63,767 nt of DNA, filler included, from Vannella sp. (GCA_023345925.1; 7 parts of 7 records of this genome joined end to end with filler, not necessarily neighbours in it); one strand, 5' to 3'; shown: positions 1-12,871, counted from the first letter of the whole stretch. Translations and numbers: made by a program. Notes: a model not told the origin generated them from the letters alone.

Positions 1-332
1 CAACGAAGGACGATGTTTGACAGAGTCTTGATTGCAGTATTGGCTGGTGCAACCTTCTTCTCTTCTCCACTTCCGATTCTTGTCCATTATCAAGGTTTTA
101 GCAATGCAACTCACATGTTCTTTACTTCAGCGGAATGTTTTCTCCGACAATGGCCAAATCACAGATAGCGTTAACGCCATCATTGGCCTGGTATTCCGTG
201 CAACGCGTTCTTTCCGGTAACCTGACAGACGGACTTTGGATCTCTTCTTCCACAGAAAGCTTCAGCTATTCCATAGTTGGACAGGCATTACAACTGCAGC
301 CACAATGGATCCCTTCTTCCCTTCTTCCCTAA
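1..332 (+). CDS. Possible 3' end of a hypothetical spliced gene (partial)
   Basis: A 36-nt GT..AG segment (95-130) removes an in-frame TAG and joins the upstream frame to ORF 135-332. No homology recognised. Confidence 0.25.
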
Positions 333-707
333 AGATAGGCCAAGAGGAGTTCCCGTCTGGCTCATTCGCCTTCTTTCCAGAGCTTTCCTATGCAAGGCCA
401 CAGGGTCATCTAGTGATGCACAGAATGTAGACTGCAGTAGACTCTTGAGCGACGAGTCTCTGTGACAGGGGCAAAAGTGGCGAATGGAGAGGTCCAGTCC
501 AGGCATCCATCCATGAAGTGGAGATTTAAGACAGGACCAGCAATTGTGATGGCCAGCGTCATGATCGCTCTGGTTCCAGTCCCCATTGGGAGTGGCCCTT
601 CCTCTCTGTGTTGGCGGAGATCACTTTCTCCCAACAAAGTGTGAATGTTTCAACTGGATTGAACCTTCTAGGTGCACTGAGCGGCTATGGCACTGCAGAG
701 AGCGTGT

Positions 708-1165
708 TTATGGGGCAGAAGGACCCTTCTTCACTGTGTACTTCTCCACAAAGTCGTTGAGTTCCTTTCTCTTCTTGTCCATCGTCTCCTCGAGATTGGC
801 AATGACCTTTTCGATCTATCAAAGGCGATGAGAAGAGGGGACAGCGTCACCGAGTCGTTCTACTCACGCTATCCAGGTTCTTTTGGACGGCGGGCAGCAC
901 TTCAGCCACTGTTCGCTCTACCAGAACACCACCAACCATTCTGAAGCACCTACGATCCCCAGGAAGCTTCCCCAACGTAGAGATCACCAAGCTACGCCGC
1001 CCTGTCAGCCCCACAACGTCCAAAGATCGACCCGCTCCCTCCCTCGCCTCACCTGTGCTCCTTGCGCTCCCCCTCCATCTCTGCTAGCTTCTGCGCATAC
1101 GCTTGGAACTCTGACTTGAGGTTGTTATGCTGAGTCTGCAAGTAGTTGCGAGCGACGTCCTCCAT
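708..1165 (-). CDS. PFDN2: Prefoldin subunit 2 (2 introns; absent from ORF track)
   Basis: Manual splice gives MEDVARNYLQ...EGERKEHS|LVISTLGKLPGDRRCFRMVGGVLVERTVAEVLPAV...; RCFRMVGGVLVERTV is the PFD2 signature. TAA at 708-710. Confidence 0.93.
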
Positions 1166-1250
1166 CGTACAAATGAACCCTTTCTTCCCTCCCCTGGCTT
1201 CCTTGGCTCCCCTTTTCATTGCACTTGACAGCAGGGCTTCGTCGACGACG

Positions 1251-1860
1251 ATGTTCGCTTCTCCGAGGCAACAAGCTCGGCGGCAAGGGCAACATGCCTT
1301 GGGGAGATTGGCGTATTTGCAGCGATTGGTGGATGAGTACCAAGTAGGAGGTAACGAGGAAGCTCAAAGACAGGTCTGTGTTCGAGGGGAAGAGGGGAAG
1401 GAGGAAGCTGATGAGAGGAGGGAAGGTTTTGGCTAATCTGGGCAACTTTGCGTACGATCCCATCAACTTTGAGCATCTCAGAGCTCTACAAGTAGTTCCT
1501 GGTCTGTTCTTGGATGCTCTGAGTGAGGAGGATCCCTCTCTGGTCCGCTTTGGGTTGGCTGGTCTCCTCAACAGCGCCGCTGATCCCCTCAATGCTCGTC
1601 TCATCGTGGATGAGGAGGACGGGCTCACTTCTATCTGTGAGAAGCTACTCAGTGCTGACTCTGAGACAGCTCTGAATGCTGTCAGTTGCCTCATTGTGCT
1701 CCTGGACCCCGGTTTACCATGGCAAGACCACCTCGACCGCATCGATGGCTTAGCCAGAGAGTCCCTTCACCACCTCTCTCAATGTGACACCCCTCATATA
1801 GCAAAGCTCGCTGGTATCGCGCTCCAGAGGCTCCCTGAGCGGAGAGAAGCTCCCACATGA
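1251..1860 (+). CDS. ARMC7: Armadillo repeat-containing protein 7
   Basis: [14 protein letters not shown]...[25 protein letters not shown] matches ARMC7; intron 1374-1425. Confidence 0.88.
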
Positions 1861-1921
1861 ACTATCCAAGTTCTTAAGAATGGACGCTTGTTTAGTCGAT
1901 TGGGCCAGTGGAGAGCGTCCC

Positions 1922-2997
1922 TCATGACATTGTGATGTTACAAGGTACAAGAGACAACCATTTGTCCTTGTCTGCATGTTGCATGAGCAACAGGATGGGA
2001 GAAAAGTGATGAAATGGAACGTACCAAAGCCAGGGTCAGAAGGGTGGTTCCTTGTGATGATATGCAGGTCCTCTGCGATCTCAGAGTCTTGTAGAGTGTA
2101 TACGATATTTGATGCTATCCCACAGAGCATCAGCTCCTCCTCTTGTGCAACAATAGTAAGCCCGGCACTTACGGTTGAGTCGATTGCGCTGAGCCTCCTT
2201 GGCCTCGCTCTTCTCTCTCGCCCTCTTTCTGAGTTGTCTTGTAGTAGCTCTACTCTCAACACCATCTGACAATCGTGAGATGGCAGAGGGAGATAACAGG
2301 AGAAGAGCTCACCAGTAGCGCTGATGATCTGCTTCTCCTCCTCCAATTCGCTCAACTTGAGTTGTACATTAGATAAGAGCTTAGATTGAAGTCTTTCACG
2401 ATCCATCTGCAGCACAGGAAGTGTCAGGAACGAACACGTTCATTTGAGGGTCCACTTTGGCTCACCTGAAACTCGTCGTTTGCTTGCTGTTGCTCTGCCT
2501 CAAACATGCGCTCAATGTTCTGCATACGAAGCTTTTTCAGCTGCTCAATGCGCCAGATCTTCTCGCGCCGTTCCGCTTCGAGACTCTCTGCTCCCTGAAC
2601 AAACCTCTCGTGTTGACCAGAACGGATGAGAACACAGTCCTGTTTGAGCCACTGGATGGAGTTCTTGAAGAGTGTGTCTTTGAGGTCGGTGAACTCTCGT
2701 TCAATGGCCTCCATGTTGGTCAAAACTTCCTTCCTTTCCTCATCCACGCTGAGCAAGCGTGAGTCTGTTGAATGCATCTCTTGATCTCCCTGATTGTGTG
2801 GTAAGTGGCAATGCTAGAGGTAGCCTGAAGGAAGGCACGCACCTCTTCCTTGGTAGGTTGCGGTGAGGAACGAGAGTCTTCATCGCTGAGTGTTTCTGAA
2901 GTCTGCGCAGTGTTCGATCAGCGACCCATTCGCTCCTTCTCGATTGTCAGACCTTCATAGAGATATCAGAGTCTTGCGTGGTTGGTCGCTGCGACAT
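1922..2997 (-). CDS. Sds3/BRMS1-like Sin3-HDAC complex subunit (multi-exon)
   Basis: Coiled coil MEAIEREFTDLKDTLFKNSI and C-terminal IVYTLQDSEIAEDLHII typical of the Sds3 family; several short GT-AG introns; ends approximate. Confidence 0.7.
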
Positions 2998-3114
2998 GGC
3001 CGCGAGAAAATGAAACGAATTGGGCTTTGAACGGTGCGGACCGATTCCTGCCACCAGACAAGGAAGGAGAAGGAGCAGAGGAATTCTGAGGTTTATGCTG
3101 ATGGGGAAAACAGC

Positions 3115-4439
3115 TTACAGCTTAGCATCACCGAGATCGAGCTTTCTGGGGGTCTCCCAGGTGAAGTCAGCGTCATCACGGCCGAAGTGTCCGAAATAGG
3201 CGGTCTTCTCGTAGATGGGGCGCTTCAGCTGGAGCTCGCGGATCAGGACACCAGGGCGGAGGTCGAAGTTACGCTTGACAATGTCCAACAGCTGCTCAGT
3301 GGGGAGGGTTCCAGTTCCATAAGTGTCAAGGAAGATGGAGAGGGGCTCAGCCACACCGATGGCGTAGGAGACCTGAACGAGCACACGCTGGCAGAGGTTG
3401 GCAGCGCAGAGGGATTTTGCGATCCAGCGGGCGGCGTAGGCACCAGAGCGGTCGACCTTTGTGGGGTCCTTTCCAGAGAAGCAGCCTCCTCCGTGAGCTC
3501 CCCAACCTCCGTATGTGTCAACAATGATCTTACGGCCAGTAAGACCGGCATCACCCTGAGGGCCTCCAATAAGGAAACGGCCAGAGGGTTGGAGATGGTA
3601 GATGGTGGCGTCATCTCGGAGTGCAACGGGGATGACAGCATCAACGACGTGCTCTCGCAGCAAGGCTTGAAGCTGCTCGTTGGTAACGGACTCGTCGTGT
3701 TGAGTGGAGATAACGACGGTGTGCACACGGGTGGCGGTGATAGAGTTATCAGCGTTCTTCGTGTAGTCAACGGTAACCTGGGTCTTGGCATCGGGGCGAA
3801 GGCAAGGCATGGTTCCATTGTTGCGGACCTCACTGAGGCGCTGGATCAGCTGGGTGGCGAGGATCTGAGTCAAGGGCATGTACTCGGGGGTCTCGTTGGT
3901 GGCATATCCGAACATGTGTCCCTGGTCACCGGCACCAACGTTGTCCTGGTCCTTGTTGATGTGGACGGCTTGGGCAATATCGGGGCTCTGCTTCTCCACG
4001 GCGACGAGGATGTTGCAGGTCTTGTAGTCGAAGCCTGGACAGCGCGTAAGATCGCAGAGAAAGAGAGGGAAAGATGGACCTACCCTTGGAGGAGTCATCG
4101 TAACCAATACGCTTGATGGTGTTGCGGATGATCTGTTGGTAGTCGAGGTTGGCATTGGTGGTGATCTCGCCGAAAACCATGATCATGCCGGTCTTAGCGC
4201 AAGTCTCTTCAAAGAGCTGAGAAAGTTTTGCAGAAGTCAAGAGTATAACCTACCACAAGCGACCTTGGACTCGGGATCTTGTTGGAGGCAGGCGTCAAGG
4301 ACAGCGTCAGACACCTGATCACAGATCTTATCTATTTCATACCATTCGTGTGAGATGGCGAGCCACGCTCAGCTGGACGAAGCTACGCACCAGGATGCCC
4401 CTCAGAAACGCACTCAGAAGTGAATAGGAAGTTCGACAT
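3115..4439 (-). CDS. MAT: S-adenosylmethionine synthetase (3 introns)
   Basis: [53 protein letters not shown] motifs. Confidence 0.98.
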
Positions 4440-4620
4440 GGCAAGGACCAAGCGGAAGAGAAGAAACCGCAACTTTCGCCTGAACTGTCAGTGATCGATG
4501 ACAACCATTAATATTTTATTATGGGACAGAATCTGTACAAAATGTGGCCAATCAAGAAGGAGGACTAAAATTTCGTTCTTCAGTCTTTATCGCGTCTTTA
4601 TCGCATCATCATCATCGAGT

Positions 4621-5531
4621 ATGCAAAATGGAAGGGAAGTGGAGATGTTGTGGCACACTGTCGATTCCTTCTGCCAAGAGATTGAAGCGAACGTGAAGAA
4701 CTTTGTTCGGATCATTCACCAACAGCATCAACAACGGGAAGGTTCCCAGCATGCTGTGGATCCTCTCAGTGATATCACAGGTCGTTCACCGTTAAGCGCT
4801 GTTCCAGCAACAGCTCCAAACCAACTTCCAACGTTACTCTTCACCCCTGAGACAAAACAAGTCTTCCTACGCTCTGCATTGACACGCGACCTCTTCCAAC
4901 AACTCAAACGTATCTCAAAGCGCTGGTTAGCCAACACCCCAGAGGACCAACAACGACAAGCTACCAAGGTAGCTCAAGCCATCGCCAAGGCGGTGACAGA
5001 TGGGCGAGTGGCTTGCATCACTGCAAAGGACCTCGCCACTTACCGCTCACACATCCAACAGTCCTTTGGACGCGAGTACAACATCCCCACAGAACAGATC
5101 CGTGCAGCATTTAGCCAAAAGATCCGCGTGTACCTTCAAAACACAAAGTCTGACCACGCAGGATGGGTCGAGAAGTACGGTACGGAAGCACGTGAAGGGG
5201 AATCTGGATAACTTTGAACTAAACCCAAAGTACAGGTGGGAAGGTGGACTTGTGCGCTCCTTCGATTGTCATTGAAGGGGACCCTACTGAGGACACCGCT
5301 CCCAAGCCTTTGTTGGACTCTTTCCACGACTTTCCTCCCCTCCAAGAGGAATCTGAGTCCCACTTGACCGCGCACGAAACTGGACTTCCATTCAAGCGAG
5401 CCCGCTCAGAGGACCACTCAGAAGTGGAGGACTCCCTACGAAAGCGCCAGAAAGAGGCTCATTCCTTTGATATGCATCTCATCTCTTTCACCCACCCCTC
5501 TGGGAGTGGGAACTTGCCCCTCACAGAATAG
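4621..5531 (+). CDS. Hypothetical protein
   Basis: Long ORF 4498-5211 with likely ATG at 4621 and a possible spliced 3' exon (5244-5531). No family recognised. Confidence 0.45.
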
Positions 5532-5659
5532 CCTCCAACGCCCTTCATAAACCCTTTCATATTGGCCTTTCCCTTGCCATCCATTCCCTGGCAGGTTGTT
5601 ATGATTGATGAAATCTGCCATTTGAGTGACTTTTTGCTATTTTTGAGGAGTCGGCGTTG

Positions 5660-6653
5660 ATGGCTGTCGCGCGTCCTCTCTTCTCTTGGCAGCAGACCAT
5701 GTTGCGAGTGAAAGATCCCTCCAAGTCAGTTCCGGTAAGCGGAGTCTCTTTTGGTGAGGATGATGATGCTGAGGAATGTCCAGTTCTACCAGAAGCACTT
5801 TGGGATGAAGCTCCTCGCCAAGTACGACTTCCCAGAGGGCAAGTTCTCGCTCTACTTCCTCGCCACTCTTCGAAACAAGGAGTGGCATCAAGAGCCTGAA
5901 TCGGAAGAAGCACGCCAACACTTGTGGAACTTTGACGGGACTTGCCTTGAGTTGACTCACAACTGGGGCACGGAGGAAGACGAGTCTTTCTCCTACAACA
6001 GTGGGAATGAAGAGCCCCATCGTGGTTTTGGCCACATCGCCTTCCACTGCGAGGATCTGGAGGAGAGTTGCGCTGTTCTGGAGGCTGGTGGCGTTCGCTT
6101 CAAGAAGAAGCCGAATGAGGGACGCATGTCCGGACTGGCGTTCGTCTATGACCCCGATGGATACTGGATTGAGGTGATTCCACGGGAGAAGACCGACTAC
6201 ACCGGTTACAACCTCTCCCAAACTATGTTGCGGGTCAAAGACCCCCAAAAGAGCTTGGCCTTCTACCGTGACGTGCTGGGGATGGAAGTGGTGAAAGAGA
6301 GGCACTTTGAAGAGGCCGCCTTCTCCTTGTACTTCCTCACAAGCGCTCGCAGGAACGGGGAGGACGCTGACAAGAACCCCAGGACGCTCTATCACCCCAT
6401 TCTGGAGCTCACTCACAACCACGGTACGGAGAAGGACGAGTCCTTCTCCTACCACAACGGTAACGTAGAGCCGCGAGGCTTTGGACACACTGGATTCTTG
6501 GTGGACGACCTGGCTACGGCGTGTCAGTACCTGGACGAAAAGAACGTCTCTTTCAAGAAGAGACCTGAAGAAGGCGCCATGCGTGGTCTGGCATTCGTGT
6601 ACGACCCGGACGGCTACTGGGTGGAGGTGATCCAACGAGGACTAAAGGCATGA
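5660..6653 (+). CDS. GLO1: Lactoylglutathione lyase (glyoxalase I), internally duplicated two-domain form
   Basis: QTMLRVKDP, LELTHN(W/H)GTE, RGFGH and DPDGYW each occur twice; intron 5735-5783. Confidence 0.96.
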
Positions 6654-6703
6654 GCGCCACACCATCAGAGGTCTTACAGATAACAAATAGTGTATTCAGA
6701 GTG

Positions 6704-8035
6704 CTAATCATCATCCAAAGTGAACTCTGCACCCAGTACGAAGTGATCAGAAGGGTGATTGGAGGAAGGTAGCGCCTCTAAACTCAGTAAGAGCGAGTTC
6801 TGTTGAGGCAGACTGAGTAACTTCCTCAGGACAAGTGTCTTGCGTGAGAACCAGATCGAATCGACGGCGTTCTTAGCTCCGTTAGTGATGGCGGTGACCA
6901 AAGGTTCCCCAGGCGAGCCACTTGGGAAGAGTGGAGAGGCTGGATCTTTCATAGGCTCTTTGTAAAGGCGATCATGAAGGCAGTTGAAGCTCTCATAGGC
7001 GCTGGAAAGGTCCAGACAGTGAGAAAACAGGACTTTCTCGTCCTTTGTGAAAGCATTCAACTTGTGAAGGCTTTGCGTGCAGTCTGCGATCGTCACTTCA
7101 GAGCGGTCTGGGCGCTTAGTAGGAAGAGATTGCCCACTGATAGACGCCCTCCACGAGGGAAGCCGAGCCAGATCAAGTTCCAACTCACCACGGCGGAAGA
7201 GTTCCCAAACACCGCTATACGGGGTGGCATTCATGTCTCCAGCCACTACCATAGAGACTCGTGCATCCGGGTACTTCATACGAGCTTCCTTCATGACATT
7301 CTCGACACGGGAAAGGAGGTATTGGGCTTGGCCCATCTTCAAGTCGCCGCGATGAGGGTTAAAGAGGAGATGGGTGGACACTACGCAGACGATGTGACGT
7401 GGGTTACGTCGAAGAGCGAAGAGAGAACAGAGTGCAACGTTGTCAAAGTCCTCTGGCGAGCTGAGATCGTGGTTGAACTCGATGGGGCTGGTTTGGAGGA
7501 GCTGGAAGCGCTCCGCTTTCCAGAACACGGCACAGCCATCCAAGTTCTTCTTAGAGGTACGCTTCTTGAAGGCACCAGAGTACCCAAGAGGCCGCAGAGC
7601 GTCCCTCAACCTCTCAAAATTGTCGACTTCTTGGAGGCAATAGAAGTCCCCAGCTACTGTTCGTAGCTGCGTCACCAAAGGCGCAAGACGAGAGCTCCAT
7701 TGGAGATCCTGATCCGCTTTGAGGTGTTGATAGAGCGAACGGTGCCTCAGAGCGAGACTTTCAGCCAAGATGTTGTACGAGATCACGCGGATCGTCTCCT
7801 TTGCTGATCCAACCTCGGGTGTGGTGGGAACTATGGTGTGAAAGACGAGATCTTGCAGGTGGAGAGGCTCACAGACCTTGGAAGGGCCAAAGCGAGGAAG
7901 AAAATCAAAAACTGAAGCTAAAGAGGGCAGCCCAGGAGGACCTCGTTGAAGAAAAGCTTGTTGCGTTGTTCCCTCCTTGCGCGTGTAAGAGGTTGTTTGT
8001 CGGAGGAGGCGAGTAGAACGAGGAGAACACCGCAT
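6704..8035 (-). CDS. CCR4/Angel-family EEP phosphatase or deadenylase
   Basis: SYNILA, CLQEVD, THLLFNPHRGDLKMGQ, GDMNATP and PSDH motifs; the THLLFNP.RGD.K motif is Angel-like. Confidence 0.88.
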   Translation of the reverse strand: MRCSPRSTRLLRQTTSYTRKEGTTQQAFLQRGPPGLPSLASVFDFLPRFGPSKVCEPLHLQDLVFHTIVPTTPEVGSAKETIRVISYNILAESLALRHRSLYQHLKADQDLQWSSRLAPLVTQLRTVAGDFYCLQEVDNFERLRDALRPLGYSGAFKKRTSKKNLDGCAVFWKAERFQLLQTSPIEFNHDLSSPEDFDNVALCSLFALRRNPRHIVCVVSTHLLFNPHRGDLKMGQAQYLLSRVENVMKEARMKYPDARVSMVVAGDMNATPYSGVWELFRRGELELDLARLPSWRASISGQSLPTKRPDRSEVTIADCTQSLHKLNAFTKDEKVLFSHCLDLSSAYESFNCLHDRLYKEPMKDPASPLFPSGSPGEPLVTAITNGAKNAVDSIWFSRKTLVLRKLLSLPQQNSLLLSLEALPSSNHPSDHFVLGAEFTLDDD

Positions 8036-8526
8036 GGGTTGGGGGAACTGTGAGGAATGTGCAAGCGAAAGCTGAAACCGGCCAATACTGCGAACATTAT
8101 TGGAATCCAGATCGGGTCAATCTGATCTATTCAAGGATTTAAGCTTAATGAGTCCGATCATTTCAAATTCACAAGGGAGAGAGGGGCTGATGGATCAGTC
8201 CAATACCTCATTCTGAAGAGATGGAGGTCATCAGGGCAAGCTACGCAAACACGAGCTCTGACCCTCTTCCACTTCACTCGTGGATTTTCTCAACGAGGAC
8301 CTTCAAAAAAGCTCATCAAACAAAAAAGTGTTTTTCACACTTTCCCGATTTTTCACACTTTTTTCCACACGGGGGTCTTGTGAAGTGTCTTGTCCCCATG
8401 ATGAGGTGGAGGAATCGCTCGTGAATTATCTCTTTGAGAAGATGATCAAACGATTCATTTCCAAGTGTTTATTGTATAAAAAGACAGTCAAAGCTGATTT
8501 CAACCCTTTCCTATGGCTGTGTGGAA

Positions 8527-8626
8527 NNNNNNNNNNNNNNNNNNNNNNNNNNNNNNNNNNNNNNNNNNNNTTAATTAATTAANNNNNNNNNNNNNNNNNN
8601 NNNNNNNNNNNNNNNNNNNNNNNNNN
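8527..8626. other. Artificial contig spacer
   Basis: 100 nt of N flanking TTAATTAATTAA (stops in all six frames). Confidence 0.99.
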
Positions 8627-8674
8627 ATCGACTTATAATTTTTCAATTGAGCATTTTTGACGCCAATTATTGAC

Positions 8675-8745
8675 TCCTCCATGGTGTAGCGGTAACATCC
8701 AGCACTCTCACTGCTGAGCCCCGGGTTCGACTCCCGGTGGGGGAG
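8675..8745 (+). tRNA. tRNA-Glu (anticodon CTC), intronless
   Basis: Acceptor TCCTCCA/TGGGGGA, anticodon arm CAGCA-CT CTC AC-TGCTG, T arm CCGGG-TTCGACT-CCCGG, no encoded CCA. Confidence 0.95.
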
Positions 8746-8746
8746 C

Positions 8747-8751
8747 TTTTT
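8747..8751 (+). terminator. RNA polymerase III terminator
   Basis: T5 run directly after the tRNA discriminator base. Confidence 0.75.
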
Positions 8752-9057
8752 GGTTCACCTGCAAAAATCAAACATCTGGAAACCACCATTTCAGTGAACA
8801 AAGTTTACCCCTGTTCGCCTAAGAAGTGAAGGGTCCTCTGGGAATGGGGGCCAGCGGTAGTAAGTCGTAGGGTGTGAACTCTGCTCACATTTACTTTTTT
8901 AGGGTTCTCTGGGATGTACTCTTCATACCAGGTGAATGAGGTTCTTCTCTTGGAAAAAAAAAGGCCAATAGATCAAGGTGGGAAACTTGGATAAGAGTGT
9001 TTAAGTGGTTCAATGTTGCGTGCACGATAATCTGTTGATTGTTTATCCCAGAAACAC

Positions 9058-12000
9058 TCAGGAGCTCAAAGAGGCGATGTTAAGGTCATCGTGATCTGAA
9101 TCCAGGTTGGATTTTTGTTCGATTTTGTGACGGATAACGCGGTTTCTCTGCTTCCGGATACCGTGTGTTTTAGTTGCTGCAGCTTTCTCTAAAGTCTCAT
9201 TCTACGCGTTTTGTGAGTTCACATTGATCATGAAGAAGATGTGTCTTACCCCAATCCAATTCCGCAGATGATACTTAAGTTGATTTCGCCTGCCCTTTTC
9301 TGTTTCACTGCTCTTCATCGCCTTGATGAGGTCACGGACTTGAGCTGGAGTTAGCTTGCAGATGGATTGAATTGCAAACTCCATCTGAGGGAGATGAACC
9401 TGGAGAATAGGGGCCACAATGATCTTATCAATCGCTACAATTGCCAGTGGTTCTATTTGAGAGTCCAAGTGGGCTAAAGCTGTCAGAAGAATGGAAAGAG
9501 TTTGTCCAATCAACAGATCTAATAAATGCTGTTGCTTCAGGATGTTTGGAATGAGCCACTGCAATAGATCCAAGGAAATCCTCTGGCAACCTGCATCAGG
9601 TATTCTGACCAACAGCAACTCAACCAAACTGATGATTTTTGAAAGGAGAGTTTCAGATAAGGCTCGAGTATCCAAGATCCCTTGCAACAAAGGAGAGATC
9701 GTCTTCTCTGAAAACTTTGCAGATTCAGGGATACAAATATTGCGTAGAGTTTGCGCAAACTCAACACTGATGATCCGAACAAGTTTGTCTTTGATAAGCT
9801 CATCAGTCTGACTTCCAGTCACCTCATTCAGAGCACTCCATTCAGCAATCAGGCGAGTGTTCATATACTCCAAGAAATTGCTTAAAAGTGGCAAGAAAGC
9901 CGATATTTGCGGCAAGGGGCAGTGAAGGAAAAAGGGAGGCACAATTTGCCCTACGAGCTATGGTGAGTTCTAAGTTTGAAGCTGAGTGCAACCTACGGAA
10001 GAAGGAGCGTATTTGGAATGCATCACATTGAGGGAGAGACTTGAAAAGAGACTCGTATAGAACCTGTGGTGGGATTTGATAAAATTCGGGCAACATAATC
10101 ATGCTAAAGTTGATCAGACGGTAGCAAAAGGTTCTCAATTCAGTCAGTAGGGTGTGCAGTCGTTTGCACTCTGCGGGCATCTCCTCTTGTTGTGGAAGGT
10201 GGTACTGCGTCAAAAGCTCTTTCATCGAGCTTCTCTCTGGAGTGAAGACTTGCTGGACAACTGATTCAGAACGATTCTCGTCTTCAAAGTTTCTTACCTG
10301 CAAATCGCTTGGAATAGACGCTTTGGACTCTGTAGTGTAAAGAGAATCAATGGATTTGGTTATGTTCAAGAGAATTGGGAGAATTTCTCGAAGAGTGCTC
10401 TCAATGGGAAAGCGCACACGATGGGTCATAGGTTCATAGAAGTGGCCCGCTTCTCTTTCTCCTTCATCGCTCGGAATCTTGCTCTTTGTTGCAACCTTGT
10501 GAATCGTATTGACCGCCGTAAAGATGACTTGGAGTTCCGAGCCATTTGACTTCAGCACCAATGCCTGGAAGGCTTGCATTGAAGAAAGCGAAGCTTGGAA
10601 TAAAGGATCCTTGAGGATAGTAACCGAACTGGTTGTGAAACTCTCAACAAAAGATTTTTGAGATTCGAAGCTCTTCTTTGCACTCCTTTCAGTCAAATGA
10701 TAAGTTGTAGTCCGGTGTGGTTGAAGAAACGTACGTTAGGGCGGTGAGGAACTCCAAAAAGAAGATATTGTCGATGTGAGAGGTTGTGGGAGCCGTGGAC
10801 ATTTTCCCCACATATTGGAAGATGTTGTCGGAATGAGCCTTTCGGTACATTAGTTCCGTAGAGAGGGCGAATCACGCAGCAGACTCACTAAAAGATGTGC
10901 CGAACACTTTTGAGCGAGTTTGATGTTGCAGAGGTGAACAAAGCGTTTGTGTGGTGCCACAGCGGGATCATTCCCATTCATTTGCGTCAGGATCTCAAAG
11001 TTCTCAAGCAAACATTAGATAATCAATCAAAATGGTGAGATGCTTACCTTGAGAATGATGTGGGGAAGCACATCAGGTTTGGAGAAGATGAATAGAATGC
11101 AGGCATGGAATGCCTCTGCCTGGTAATGTTGAAGGCGTGGACAACTTGGGTTGAACTTCAAAAGATGTCCAAGAATGTGTGTCGCTGCCTGGGCCGCAGT
11201 CTCGCTTTGGAAAACTTCCTCTCCAGATAACCCTGAAAAGCATGCCTTAAGGATCAGATTGTACTTTGCTGTGGAAGCATTTCCAAAATCACCGATCTCG
11301 TTTGCGAGCAGAGTGAGAGGGAGCTCGGGCTGGAATGAGGCTGTGAACTCGATAATCCTTAGAAACTGCTTTTGCAGCCCTTTAGTGAAGGGCTCCAATT
11401 CGTTCTCTCCAAAGTCATCTTCAAGATGCTCATCAAAAGGGTTATCGAGGTCAATGGGCTCGAGCGCCCTTATGACACACAACATTAAGGTTTGTAGTAC
11501 TTTGTCAGAAGGTATAAGCAGCGCGGTTAGTGTCCCATGCTGCATCAGGCTGTTCCAAAAAGGAACAACATGGGAGCGGATAAGGATAGATGGATATTGG
11601 AGTAGCTCAAGCATGACTTCCAAATACATTTGATAATGAAGAGGGCGTTCTACCAGGGTTCGCAACTCAACAAGAGTGCATCCTATGTGTGAAAGCAGCT
11701 GTGAAAGGATCTTGTGAAACTGGTAGTCTTCGTCAGAGTCTCCTGTTGGAGTTTTGAGAGCAGAACAAATCAAATCCATTTTCTCAAAGATAAACATCAT
11801 CTGAACCCGCTCTTCTGGCTTTCCTTTCCTCAAAAAGATCTCTAAAAGGCACTCACACGCCATCTAGAAACGTAGAAAGGTTAAATTGTGAGTCTGAATG
11901 GATTTCAACATACCATTCTTGTTTGGGGGATGGCCAGAAGGTTACTAATTCCTTGGAGGAAGTTATGAGCAAAGAGATAAGCGTGAGGAACCCAATTCAC

Positions 12001-12788
12001 AAAAGCAGCTATCGCTTCCAAGACTGCCAGAAGCAGAGTCTGATTGTTCGTGGACTCTTGGGACATGGAGAGGTTGATCACTTGGAAGAAGAGAGGGAAG
12101 ATTTCCCCTAAGCAGTTATGAAGCCCATCAACCATGTCAAGCTATCTTGAGGGTCAGGAAGGTGTCTCGCTTGGCTAGATTAGACCTACTCGACGTGGGC
12201 GGGGCATTTCGTGGACTGTTGAGTGTCTAGCTGTGTCAGCAAGCGATCGGAGGAACATCAGAACAAGTTCAGTAGCGTGGGGAGTATTGCAGAGCTGGAC
12301 AACATCAGAGATCAAGGAAGGCCATTGCTGGGGCCAATCGCGCTTAGCCAGCTCCACCCAGATGCTAACCAGCTTCTCCTTGACAAACAGAGGCTCTTCC
12401 TGGATACCCTTCATGCTCTTCTGCTGGTTAGTATTGCCATCAGCCGTCTCGGGAAGCATACCAAAGCAAGTTGCAGACTTGTCTTCTTCATTTCTGCTCG
12501 CTGGGAAGAGGAAAAGGAGTTCCACGAGTTCTTGATAGCCTGACACCAAAGATGAAGTCCAAAGTGGCGGATAGGTGGCTCCGTGAACTGCAAGAAGAAG
12601 TGCTGACCCATGGAATAGCACAAAACATAATCCTTCTCCAACTCGTTGCAAAACTGAGCCCGCAGATGAGCCACATGATTCCACCAACCATCACTCATCA
12701 TTCTCACCTTCTGTGCCTCCAAACGAGACGCATTGGACGTCCCTGGATCATGAATAGCTCGCAGAGCCGCCACCACTTGCTCTTCCAT
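9058..12788 (-). CDS. XPO5: Exportin-5/Msn5 karyopherin (many introns)
   Basis: N-terminal RLEAQK|FCNELEK, IRHFGLHL, FVKEKLVSIWVELAKRDWPQQWP, ACECLLEIFLRKGK; last exon 9201-9058 ends in TGA. Confidence 0.85.
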
Positions 12789-12871
12789 GAGGAAGTGGAA
12801 AAAATGAATTCCAGGAAAAGAAAAGGAGAATCTTCTGGGAATTGAGAAAGAGCCAGGAAAGGCGTCATTTT

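Noticed and set aside
3034..4116. 360-aa plus-strand ORF
   Set aside because: Antisense shadow of codon-biased SAM synthetase; the same applies to 5637-6635 (GLO1) and 29127-29840 (CCT7).
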